The notes under the pieces are model-generated. The model saw nothing but the letters and a program-made list of their open reading frames with translations, was not told where the DNA came from and did no database searches. Below, piece by piece: positions 1 through 8,842 of a stretch of DNA of 59,911 bases. Source of the DNA: Pseudomonadota bacterium (GTDB taxonomy: Bacteria > Pseudomonadota > Alphaproteobacteria > Sphingomonadales > Sphingomonadaceae); assembly GCA_023413015.1 (NCBI GenBank), contig JAEZQR010000221.1, positions 1 to 59,911 on the forward strand. The letters run 5' to 3'. Within the stretch, counting starts at the first letter, position 1, and each line of letters begins with the position of its first letter. A program made the position numbers and the translations under genes.

Positions 1-1881
1 CTGACCATCCTTGACCGCCACCTCGGCCACCTGCGCCACGATCGAGCCGAAGCTCTCGTGCAGCGCGATGCCGTGTGCGACGCCGTCCTCGCCCGCGCCC
101 ATGAACCCGGCCTCGGCCGCCGCGCGGCGTAGCACTTCGGCATGGCGCGGCGACTTGGCCAGCATGCGCAGGCGGAAGGTCAGCGGATCGACGCCCGCGG
201 CATTCGCCAGCTCGTCGACGAAGCTTTCGACGAAGAAGGCGGTGTAGCTGTGCCCGACCGAGCGCCAGAAACCCAGGGGCACCGGCGTCTCGACATCGGC
301 ATGCGCCACGCGCACCGCGCCGATATCGTAGGGCATGGCGAGCGCACCTTCGAGCGCCTGCGCGTTCGCGCCGCCACCGCTACCGAGCGCCGGCACGTTG
401 CGTGACATAAAGCTGGGTCCGACGCTCGGCACCGCAATCGTCGCGTCCCACGCCGCGATCCGCTTGTCCGGCCCGAGCTTCGCGCGCATCTGGGCGCGCG
501 CCGCCGGCCGGTACTTGTCCTGGGTCGTGTCCTCCTCGCGGGTCCAGATCAGCTGGACGGGGCGCTTCACCTGTTTCGCGATCAGCGCCGCCTGCACGCA
601 GGCATCGACCTCGGCCTTGCGGCCGAACCCGCCGCCGAGCAGCGTCGGGAAGACGGTGACCTCATCTTCCGACAGCCCGAGCGCGTCGGCCACGCGCCAG
701 TTGACCAGCGTCGCCGACTGGGTCGGTGCCCAGACCTCGGCGCCATTCTCGGTGATCCGCACCGTGGCGTTCATCGGCTCGAGGCAGGCGTGCGCGAGGA
801 ACGGCACGCCGTAGCTCGCCTGCACGACGGGGCCGCTTTCGAGCGCCGAGCCGGCGTCGCCCTCGTCCTGGAAGGCCTTCGCGTCGTCACCGGCCAGCGC
901 GTCGCGCAGCACCTTGTCGATCGCCGCGCTCGCCGCCACCGTCTCCGACGGCTCGAACCGGGCCTTGACCGCGTCGAGCGCGCTGCGCGCGCCCCACCAG
1001 GTGTCGGCGACCACGGCCACCCAGGTCGGCCCCTCGACCACGTCGATCACGCCTGGCCGGCGCCGCGCCGCGCCCGCATCGACGCTCGCCAGTTCCGCAC
1101 CATCGACCGGCCCGCTCTGCACGGCGGCGTACACCATCCCCGGAAGCCGCACGTCGAGGCCGAAGCGTGCCGAACCGTCGACCTTGGACGGCACGTCGAT
1201 CCGCGTCATTGACCGGCCGATCAGCCGCGGCGCTTTGCGCAGCATCGGTTCTTCCGGCGCGTCGTCAGGATCGACCTCGTCGATCAGCTCGGCGAAGCGC
1301 AGCCGCTTGCCCTGGTGCTCGACGAAGCCGTTCGCCGTGTCGCACTCGGTCCAGTCGACGTCCCAGCGCCGCGCCGCCGCCCGGCACAACAGTTCGCGCG
1401 CCGAGGCGCCGGCCAGCCGCAGCGTGTCATGGAACGCCATCACCGAGGTGCTGCCGCCGGTGATCTGGATCGCGTAGCGCCGCGCCAACTCGACCAGCGC
1501 CCAGCGCCCAAGTCCCTGGACGAGGCTCGGCAATCCCTCGGCGGCGGCCGCGCTGATGAAGGTGTTGGCATAGATCGGATGCAGCGGCGCCGGCTCGACG
1601 CCGACCGTCCGCCAGTCCGCTCCCAGCTCGTCGGCGACGATCTGCGGCAACGCGGTATAGACGCCCTGCCCCATCTCCGCCTGCGGCACCGCGACGATCA
1701 CCCGGCCCGAGGTGTCGATCTTGAGCCAGCCGTTGACCACCGTCTCGCCGGGACGGGCCGTCCAGTTGAGCGCGCGCTCGCGCGGCCACACGAGATAGCC
1801 GACGACGAGCCCGGCACCGACGCCGGCACCGATCAGCAGCTTGCGCCGGCTGATATCCGGAAGCTTGACCTTGGAAGCCAT
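1..1881 (-). CDS. Xanthine dehydrogenase family molybdopterin-binding subunit (isoquinoline 1-oxidoreductase beta, IorB-like); 3' end lies outside the window
   Basis: Absent from the ORF track because there is no stop in the window. Hand translation from ATG 1881: MASKVKLPDISRRKLLIGAGVGAGLVVGY (Tat-like RR), WLKIDTSGRVIVAVPQAEMGQGVYTALPQIVADELGADW, later GGGFGRK and GFWRSVGHS. Confidence 0.9.
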   Translation of the reverse strand, partial: MASKVKLPDISRRKLLIGAGVGAGLVVGYLVWPRERALNWTARPGETVVNGWLKIDTSGRVIVAVPQAEMGQGVYTALPQIVADELGADWRTVGVEPAPLHPIYANTFISAAAAEGLPSLVQGLGRWALVELARRYAIQITGGSTSVMAFHDTLRLAGASARELLCRAAARRWDVDWTECDTANGFVEHQGKRLRFAELIDEVDPDDAPEEPMLRKAPRLIGRSMTRIDVPSKVDGSARFGLDVRLPGMVYAAVQSGPVDGAELASVDAGAARRRPGVIDVVEGPTWVAVVADTWWGARSALDAVKARFEPSETVAASAAIDKVLRDALAGDDAKAFQDEGDAGSALESGPVVQASYGVPFLAHACLEPMNATVRITENGAEVWAPTQSATLVNWRVADALGLSEDEVTVFPTLLGGGFGRKAEVDACVQAALIAKQVKRPVQLIWTREEDTTQDKYRPAARAQMRAKLGPDKRIAAWDATIAVPSVGPSFMSRNVPALGSGGGANAQALEGALAMPYDIGAVRVAHADVETPVPLGFWRSVGHSYTAFFVESFVDELANAAGVDPLTFRLRMLAKSPRHAEVLRRAAAEAGFMGAGEDGVAHGIALHESFGSIVAQVAEVAVKDGQ

Positions 1882-2025
1882 GCGCAGAGCGTTAGCGGCT
1901 GCTACGCCTTGCTGCAAACCTCAACCCGATGTGCGTCATCCTGCGCGAGAGGAGCCACCCGCTCGCAGATAGGCGCTCTAGTAGTGGCCCTCAGGTTTTC
2001 AGGGTCCTGAATATGGCTTGCATCG

Positions 2026-2057
2026 ACGCTACAAATGTAGCACGCTACAAAAGTAGC
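2026..2057. promoter_or_regulatory. Two tandem palindromic operators of BlaI/MecI/CopY type (TACA-N2-TGTA)
   Basis: ACGCTACAAATGTAGC (2026-2041) directly followed by ACGCTACAAAAGTAGC (2042-2057); TTGCAT -35-like hexamer at 2018-2023. Confidence 0.7.
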
Positions 2058-2128
2058 GCAAAGCCCCTGCCGACTTCCGATCCATGCGAACGGGCAGGCT
2101 TTGACAGACGATGACGAGGAGAAATGCC

Positions 2129-3097
2129 ATGTCGAGACTCTTCGCTTTCCTTGCCGCAGTCGTGGTTTCGAGCGTCGCGATATCCTCGGCCTGCTCCGCG
2201 GACGTCGCCGACAGCGTCCACTTCAGTCTGCAGCCGGCAGAGCGCGATGATGGAATCCACGCCAGCTTCCGGAAGGCCGGGCAAGGGATCGACCAATGGT
2301 CGGCCGACCTCCCGGCCCGCGAGCTGGTGGGGCTCGATATCAGTCGGTTCCGCGCTTCGGGAAGCACGCCGGTCCGCTTCGCCCTGGTGCGAGAGGCAGG
2401 GCGTCTTGATTGCGCCGGCAATGGCGGCAACGCGACGGCCGCTGGTACGTGCCGCTTCTCACCGAACGCGAGCTTCATGGATTTTCTGGTCAGTCGCGGG
2501 ATGAGGCGCCCCACGTCCAATCAAGCGCTTGGCCTGATGGCGGTTGACGCCCGGCGCGGCACTGTCGAGGCGCTGGGCGCCGCACGCTATCCGGTGCCGA
2601 CAGTCGAGCAGCTGATGGGGCTGACGGCGGTCGGTGTCGATGCACCCTATATCGCCGGACTGTCGCGGGTCGGCTACCGCCCGCAGACGATCGATACGTT
2701 GCTGGAATTCCGGGCGCTGAACATCACGCCGGAGTTCATCCAGGGCTTCGTCCGGCTCGGCTATGCCGATCTGCCGGCTAGCGAGTTCGTGCAGCTGAAG
2801 GCGCTCGGAATCGACGCCGACTTCGTCGCCGGGTTCGAGCGCATCGGCTACGGCCGCCTGCCGGCATCGGACTTGGTTCAGCTCAAGTCTCTCGGCGTCA
2901 CGCCAGCCTGGGTCGCGAGCTTCGAGCGGCTCGGTTACCACCGGATCGGCATCGATGATCTGGTGCAAATGAAAGCGCTCGGAGTCACGCCCGACTATGC
3001 GCTCGCGGTCCGGAAGAGCGAAGGTGCGGCGCTACCTTCGCCCGACCGCCTCATCCAGCTTCGCGCGGTCGGCTTTCGCCCGCGTCTACGCAACTAA
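2129..3097 (+). CDS. Secreted protein with about seven 29-aa helical repeats
   Basis: AGGAGA RBS (2117-2122) before ATG 2129; signal peptide MSRLFAFLAAVVVSSVAISSAC; repeats such as ITPEFIQGFVRLGYADLPASEFVQLKALG and IDADFVAGFERIGYGRLPASDLVQLKSLG. Confidence 0.8.
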   Translation: MSRLFAFLAAVVVSSVAISSACSADVADSVHFSLQPAERDDGIHASFRKAGQGIDQWSADLPARELVGLDISRFRASGSTPVRFALVREAGRLDCAGNGGNATAAGTCRFSPNASFMDFLVSRGMRRPTSNQALGLMAVDARRGTVEALGAARYPVPTVEQLMGLTAVGVDAPYIAGLSRVGYRPQTIDTLLEFRALNITPEFIQGFVRLGYADLPASEFVQLKALGIDADFVAGFERIGYGRLPASDLVQLKSLGVTPAWVASFERLGYHRIGIDDLVQMKALGVTPDYALAVRKSEGAALPSPDRLIQLRAVGFRPRLRN

Positions 3098-3124
3098 GCT
3101 CCTATTTCGTCGACAGGGGACTCC

Positions 3125-5218
3125 ATGACCGCCCACTTGCGTCCGTTGCTGCTCGCCTCCGCCGCCTTGCTGTGGGCCGCGCCACAGAACGCGAGCGCCC
3201 AGACGACGTCCGATCCGGCAAAGGTGCCGCCGCCGGTGCCCGCCGCGACAAAAGGGGCACGGGTTTACAGCCCGGCGGATTTCGCACGCTTCGCCCCAAA
3301 GAACGCGTACGACATGCTGCGGCAGGTCCCTGGCTTCGCCATCCGCACCGCCGATGAGGAGCGGGGTCTCGGGCAGGCATCCGAGAATGTCCTGATCAAC
3401 GGTCAGCGGCTCACGAACAAGTCGGGTGGCGCGGTCGAGGCGCTGCGGAAAGTTCCGGCCGGCAATGTCGAGAGGATCGAGATCGTCGAAGCGGCCAGCC
3501 TCGGCATCGCCGGCCTTTCCGGCCAGGTCGCCAATGTGGTGATCAAATCGCAGCAGACCTCCGCTGGCCAGTTCGAATGGAACCCGGTCTTCCGGGCCCA
3601 TTATGCCGAGCCGGAGCTGCTCGCCGGCTCAGTCAGCTATTCCGGCAAGGCCGGGCCGGTCGATTATACGCTGTCGGCGAAGAACCAGTACGGCCGCGGC
3701 GCGTTCGGTGGCCCGATCGAGATCCTGGATGCGGCCGGCACGGTCATCGAGCGGCGGCACGAGGTCTATCACTCCGAATATGAGCAGGCGAACCTCGAGG
3801 CCAAGTTCGCGCTGGATCTCCCCGGTTCATCGGTCGCCAACCTCGACCTCAATTATATCCCCTATTGGAACCCCGCCCGTTACCGCGACCGTCGAATACT
3901 GCTGAGCGGCGACAACCGCCGGCGGACGACGGTCACCAAGCTCGAGGGCTACGAAATCAACCTCAACGGCGATTACGAGTTCGCGCTCGGCCCCGGCCGG
4001 CTGAAGCTGATCGGGCTGCGTCATTTCGAACATGAGCCCTTGGTAACGACGCGTGTGCTCAGCTTCGACAGCGGAGCCCCGGATCAAGGTCTCCGGCTGA
4101 GCCGCAACACCCGCATCGGCGAAACCATCGCCCGAGCCGAGTATGGCTGGAAAAGCGGACGCAACGATTGGCAATTCTCGCTGGAACGGGCGTTCAACTC
4201 GCTCGACCAGAAGGGCGCGCTCTTCGAACTCGATCCTCTGGGTGAGTTTGTCGCGGCGCCGTTTCCGAACGGCACCGGCAAGGTCGTCGAGACCCGGTAC
4301 GAGGGCATTGCAACGCTCAGCCGCCCGCTCGGGCCCAACCTCGACCTGCAGGTCGCCGCCGGCGCCGAAACCTCCCGTCTCGAACGGGTGGACGGCGATC
4401 TGCCGGCCCGCAAGTTCTTCCGGCCGAAGGGCAGCATCACGCTGGGATGGCGGCCGGCGGCGGGGTGGGATGCCAGCTTCAAGCTGCGCCGGCGCGTCGG
4501 CCAGATCAGCTTCTATGATTTCCTCGCCCAGCCCAAGCTGACGCAGGATCGCGAGAACGCCGGCAATCCCGACCTCGTCCCGCCGCAGAGCTGGGAGATC
4601 GAGACCGAGGTCGGCCGCGAGCTCGGCGCCTGGGGCAAGACGCGCCTGCGCACCTGGTATCACCGTGTCGAAGATATCGTGGACGTGATTCCGATCGGCG
4701 AGGACGGCGAGGGCATCGGCAACCTGCCGCGCGCGAGCCGCCTGGGCGTCGAGAGCGTAAGCACGATCCAGTTCGAGCCGATCGGATGGGCCGGCGCCAA
4801 GCTGGACGTGAAGGTTGGCTTCGAGCGCACCCGCGTCAAGGACCCGCTCACGGGCGAGAAGCGCCCGATCAGCGGCATCATGGACCGCTGGGCGAATTTT
4901 TCGCTGCGCCACGACATTCCGGAGACCCCACTGGCGTGGGGCGTCTCCGCCGACTACAGCCACTATGCGAAATACTACTATCCGACCGAGGTCTACCGCA
5001 GCTGGGAAGGCCCATGGTGGATCGGCTTCTTCGTCGAGCACAAGAACGTCTTCGGCCTGACCGTGCGCGCCGACGTCGGCAATTTGTCCAACGCCCGTCA
5101 CCTGTTCGACCGCACCGTCTATACCGGCCGCAGGACGGTCGCTCCGGTCGACTATATCCAGCGCCACGATCAGCTGATCGGGCCGATCTTCGAGTTTTCG
5201 GTGCGCGGGAATTTCTAG
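3125..5218 (+). CDS. TonB-dependent outer-membrane receptor
   Basis: Signal peptide; plug motifs DMLRQVPGF, VLINGQR, VERIEIV; GNPDLVP barrel motif; C-terminal Phe. Confidence 0.9.
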   Translation: MTAHLRPLLLASAALLWAAPQNASAQTTSDPAKVPPPVPAATKGARVYSPADFARFAPKNAYDMLRQVPGFAIRTADEERGLGQASENVLINGQRLTNKSGGAVEALRKVPAGNVERIEIVEAASLGIAGLSGQVANVVIKSQQTSAGQFEWNPVFRAHYAEPELLAGSVSYSGKAGPVDYTLSAKNQYGRGAFGGPIEILDAAGTVIERRHEVYHSEYEQANLEAKFALDLPGSSVANLDLNYIPYWNPARYRDRRILLSGDNRRRTTVTKLEGYEINLNGDYEFALGPGRLKLIGLRHFEHEPLVTTRVLSFDSGAPDQGLRLSRNTRIGETIARAEYGWKSGRNDWQFSLERAFNSLDQKGALFELDPLGEFVAAPFPNGTGKVVETRYEGIATLSRPLGPNLDLQVAAGAETSRLERVDGDLPARKFFRPKGSITLGWRPAAGWDASFKLRRRVGQISFYDFLAQPKLTQDRENAGNPDLVPPQSWEIETEVGRELGAWGKTRLRTWYHRVEDIVDVIPIGEDGEGIGNLPRASRLGVESVSTIQFEPIGWAGAKLDVKVGFERTRVKDPLTGEKRPISGIMDRWANFSLRHDIPETPLAWGVSADYSHYAKYYYPTEVYRSWEGPWWIGFFVEHKNVFGLTVRADVGNLSNARHLFDRTVYTGRRTVAPVDYIQRHDQLIGPIFEFSVRGNF

Positions 5219-5271
5219 GGCGGGCTCATCCGGCGCTGGAACGGGATATGACAGTGGCCACGACCGGCCGC

Positions 5272-5814
5272 TTACATCCGTTTCGGGGTGGAGAAGACCC
5301 GCGTCACTTCGGGCTCGAAGCTTTCGAGGGGGTCGACGTCGAAGTTGGGGTCGAAGGCGGGGGCGTCCCATTCGTCGACGAGGCGTTCGGCGGTGGCGAA
5401 CCAGGGTTCGTCCTTGAAGCGGTCGCGCATGTTCGTCGGCTTGCCGAGGTGGTCGTAATAGTAGCGGCCCTGGAAATCCTGGTGCCAGTAGATGGTGTGG
5501 TACAGGTCTTCCGAGACGTAGGGCTTGAGCATCTCGGCGGCGATCGGGCCGTGGTTGGGAATCGAGAACAGCTTGCCGAGATCGTGGCAGAGCGCGGCGA
5601 CCACCTCCTCGTCCGAGGCGCCCGCGCGGCGGGCGAGCGTCGCCGCCATCAGGCTGTGCGTCAGCTGATCGGCGGCGAAGCCGACCTCGATGTCCTTGAG
5701 CCGCGCGAGGCTTTCCATGATCTGCCGGGGCGCCTGCGTCTTTTGATGCTTGCCGTGCTCGGCGGCGATGTGCGCCCAATCCTCGGCGGTACCCTGCAAC
5801 ATGTTCGTGAACAT
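5272..5814 (-). CDS. HD-domain metalloprotein (PhnZ-like subfamily)
   Basis: C-terminal 180 aa of track ORF 5272..6684; AGGAG RBS before ATG 5814; QLTHSL..AAT.A, VVAALCHDLGK, NHG, WHQDFQ motifs. Confidence 0.85.
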   Translation of the reverse strand: MFTNMLQGTAEDWAHIAAEHGKHQKTQAPRQIMESLARLKDIEVGFAADQLTHSLMAATLARRAGASDEEVVAALCHDLGKLFSIPNHGPIAAEMLKPYVSEDLYHTIYWHQDFQGRYYYDHLGKPTNMRDRFKDEPWFATAERLVDEWDAPAFDPNFDVDPLESFEPEVTRVFSTPKRM

Positions 5815-5825
5815 GGGTTCTGCTC

Positions 5826-7553
5826 CTACTCGGCGGCCTCGCGGGCCGTGAACACATCGCGGTAGTGCTTGCGAAGCGAGACCTTGTCGATCTTGGCCGA
5901 TCCCAGCTTGGGCAGCGGCTCGGCGCTGATCCACAGCCGCGCCGGCACCTTGAACGCCGCCAGATCGTTGCGGGTGAAGTCGATCAGCGCCTCGGGCTCG
6001 ACGCGCTCGCCGGGCTTGAGGTACGCGACCGCGCCGACGATCTCGCCCAGCCGCTCGTCGGGCAGGCCGAACACGCAGGCCTCGGCCACCGCCGGGTGGT
6101 TGTAGATCGCGGCTTCCACCTCCTGACAGCTGATGTTCTCGCCGCCGCGGATGATGATATCCTTCTTGCGGTCGACGATAAACAGATAGCCGTCCTCGTC
6201 CATGTAGCCGAGGTCGCCGGTCAGGAACCAGCCGTCGGGCGTGAACGCAGCGGCCGTCTCGGCCGGCTTGTTCCAGTAGCCGCGCACGTTGGCGGACGAA
6301 CGGATGCACACCTCGCCGATCTCGCCTGCCGGCAGCGGGTTGCCGGCATCGTCGGCGATCTTCATCTCGACCATCGGCGGTGAGGGGCGGCCGGTGGAGG
6401 CCGGCTTGTTGCGGTAGTTGTCGCGCAGGTTGCCGGCGCCGACGCCGTTGGTCTCGGTGAGGCCGTAGCCGATCGCCGGGTTCTTGCCGGGGAAGGCCTG
6501 CGCCAGCCGCTCGACATGCTCGGCCGGGCGCGGCGCGCCGCCGGCGGCGATGTCGAGCAGGCTCGAGAGGTCGTACTTGTCCTTGTCCGGGTGCTGCATC
6601 AGCTCGAGGCTCATCGTCGGCACGCCGACGAAGTAGGTCGCGCGCTCCTTCTCGATCAGCTTGAGCGCCTCGCCCGCGTCCCACTTGTGCATGATGACGA
6701 GCTTGCGCCCGATCGCCACCGAGACCAGCAGCACCGGCACCGAGCCGGTGATGTGGAACAGCGGCACGTTCAAGAGCATCACCTGCTGCGGCGGCAGCTC
6801 GACGCCCTGGCCGGCCGCGAGCTGGAGCATCGCGAGGCCCTGGACGAGATAGTTCATCGCGCCATGCACCACCGACCGGTGCGTCGCGACCGCCCCCTTC
6901 GGGTTGCCGGTCGACCCCGAGGTGTACATGATCGTCGCGTCGTCCTCGGGCCCAAGCGGCGGCAGGTACCAGGGCGCCGCCGGCGCGTCGGCCATCAGCT
7001 TCTCGAGCCGCGCATAGCCCAGTTCGCCCGCCACGCCAGCGCCGGCACGCACCACGACGACCGGGACGTGGAAGCCGGCGAGCGAGGCCAGGCGCCGCGC
7101 CCGCTCCTCGTCGGCGAAGATCAGCCGGGTTCCCGAATCCTCAACGCCGTAGCGCAGCTCGTCCGGCTGCCACCAGGCGTTCATCGGCACGACCACCGCA
7201 CCCAAGTGCAGCAGCCCGACGAAGCAGGCGATCCATTCGGGGTAGTTGCGCATGGCGAGCGCCACGCGGTCGCCCTTGGCGATGCCGTATTTCTGCTGCG
7301 CGGCGGCGGCGATGCGGATCGCCTGCTCGTAGATCTGGCCGAAGGTGAAGCGCTCGTCGCGGTAGACGACGAACTCCTTGTCGGCGTTCTGCTGGAAGAA
7401 GAAGGCGAGATACTCGCGCATCGACGGCGGCGCGTTCTTGAACACCGGCAGCTCGGCGCCGCGGATGTTCGCCGTCGTCACCTCGAGCTGTCCGCCCGGC
7501 GCGATGATTGCCGCGATCGTGGCATCGAGCGCCTTGTCGAGCTCGGTCAGCAT
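5826..7553 (-). CDS. fadD: Long-chain fatty-acid--CoA ligase (class I adenylate-forming enzyme)
   Basis: YTSGSTGNPKG, GYGLTE, TGDLG, DRKKDIIIRGGENI motifs. Confidence 0.9.
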   Translation of the reverse strand: MLTELDKALDATIAAIIAPGGQLEVTTANIRGAELPVFKNAPPSMREYLAFFFQQNADKEFVVYRDERFTFGQIYEQAIRIAAAAQQKYGIAKGDRVALAMRNYPEWIACFVGLLHLGAVVVPMNAWWQPDELRYGVEDSGTRLIFADEERARRLASLAGFHVPVVVVRAGAGVAGELGYARLEKLMADAPAAPWYLPPLGPEDDATIMYTSGSTGNPKGAVATHRSVVHGAMNYLVQGLAMLQLAAGQGVELPPQQVMLLNVPLFHITGSVPVLLVSVAIGRKLVIMHKWDAGEALKLIEKERATYFVGVPTMSLELMQHPDKDKYDLSSLLDIAAGGAPRPAEHVERLAQAFPGKNPAIGYGLTETNGVGAGNLRDNYRNKPASTGRPSPPMVEMKIADDAGNPLPAGEIGEVCIRSSANVRGYWNKPAETAAAFTPDGWFLTGDLGYMDEDGYLFIVDRKKDIIIRGGENISCQEVEAAIYNHPAVAEACVFGLPDERLGEIVGAVAYLKPGERVEPEALIDFTRNDLAAFKVPARLWISAEPLPKLGSAKIDKVSLRKHYRDVFTAREAAE

Positions 7554-7590
7554 AATCTCTCCCTCCCCAGGGAATTCACACCTTAGTGTA

Positions 7591-7661
7591 TCGTCATTCC
7601 CGCGAAAGCGCGAACCCCGGGAGTCCGCCTCGCCGGGGCGCCGCCTTCACGGGAACAACGA
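7591..7661. repeat. REP-like palindromic doublet (inverted pair)
   Basis: TCGTCATTCCCGCGAAAGCG (7591-7610) and an inverted copy reading TCGTTGTTCCCGTGAAGGCG on the minus strand (7642-7661), 4 mismatches; intergenic. Confidence 0.65.
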
Positions 7662-7680
7662 TCACCGTATCGACTTTGCC

Positions 7681-8817
7681 TCAATAGCCCATCATCCGCG
7701 CCATTCTGTCGCCGTGGAAGGCGATGTCGCCGAAGGTTTCCATCGCGGCACGCGCGCGCTTCATGAAGAAGCCGATGTCGAACTCGTCGGTCATGCCGAT
7801 GCCGCCGTGCATCTGCACCGCCTCGTTGGTCGCGAGCTTCGCCACCTCGCCGGCCTTGCCCTTGGCGAGGCTGACGAACAGCGCGGCGTTGCCGCCCTCG
7901 TCGAGCGCCTGGAGCGCGCGGAGCGTCGCCGAACGCACCAGCTCGATCTCGCAGAACAGATGCGCGGCGCGGTGCTGCAGCGCCTGGAAGCTGCCGATCT
8001 TCACGCCGAACTGCTCGCGTTGCTTGAGATAGTCGACCGTGTGGCGGAAGCTTTCCGACGACAGCCCAAGCATCTCGGCGGCGAGGCAGGCGCGGCCGGC
8101 GTCGAGCACGCGTTCGAGCACCGGCCAGCCGCCGCCGACCTCGCCGAGCACGTCGGCGCCGTCGACCTGGACGCCGTCGAGCTGGATGCGCGCGGCGTTG
8201 CGGCTGTCGACCATGATGGTGCGGTCAACCGAAACGCCGTCGGCCTGGCGGTCGACGAGGAACAGCGTTAGGCCGGTCGTGTCGCTCGCCTCGCCGGCGG
8301 TGCGCGCCGCGACGATCAGCTTGTCGGCGACATGACCGTCGAGCACGAAGGTCTTGCGCCCCGTGAGCTTGAAGCCGTTGCCCGAGGGCTCGGCGCGCGT
8401 CTCGATGAAGCTGGGCGCGTGCCGCGACTTCTCCTCGGCGGCGAGCGCGAGCAGCAGGTCGCCGCTGGCCACCTGCGGCAGCAGCGCCGCCTTCTGCTCG
8501 TCGTTGCCGCCTGCCATCACCGCGGTCGCGCCGAGGATCGCGGTCGAAAGCATCGGCGACAGCGTCAGGTTCTTGCCGATCGCCTCCTGCACGAGGCCGG
8601 CTGCGACATAGCCCAGCCCGACGCCGCCGTGCTGCTCCGGCACCAGAATGCCGGCGAAGCCCATCTCGGCCATCGCCTTCCACAGCTCGCGGCTGAAGCC
8701 GACGGAATCGTTCGCATCGCGCAGGTGCCGCAGCTCGGACACCGGCGCCTTCTCCGCGAAGAAGCCTTCCGCGGAGTCGCGGATCATCGCCTGCTCGTCG
8801 GTCAGTACCAACGCCAT
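7681..8817 (-). CDS. Acyl-CoA dehydrogenase family protein (probable partner subunit of a two-gene ACAD pair)
   Basis: REQFGVKIGSFQALQHR, AVQMHGGIGMTDE. Confidence 0.9.
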   Translation of the reverse strand: MALVLTDEQAMIRDSAEGFFAEKAPVSELRHLRDANDSVGFSRELWKAMAEMGFAGILVPEQHGGVGLGYVAAGLVQEAIGKNLTLSPMLSTAILGATAVMAGGNDEQKAALLPQVASGDLLLALAAEEKSRHAPSFIETRAEPSGNGFKLTGRKTFVLDGHVADKLIVAARTAGEASDTTGLTLFLVDRQADGVSVDRTIMVDSRNAARIQLDGVQVDGADVLGEVGGGWPVLERVLDAGRACLAAEMLGLSSESFRHTVDYLKQREQFGVKIGSFQALQHRAAHLFCEIELVRSATLRALQALDEGGNAALFVSLAKGKAGEVAKLATNEAVQMHGGIGMTDEFDIGFFMKRARAAMETFGDIAFHGDRMARMMGY

Positions 8818-8842
8818 CTGGCTATTCTCCCCTTATCTCTCT

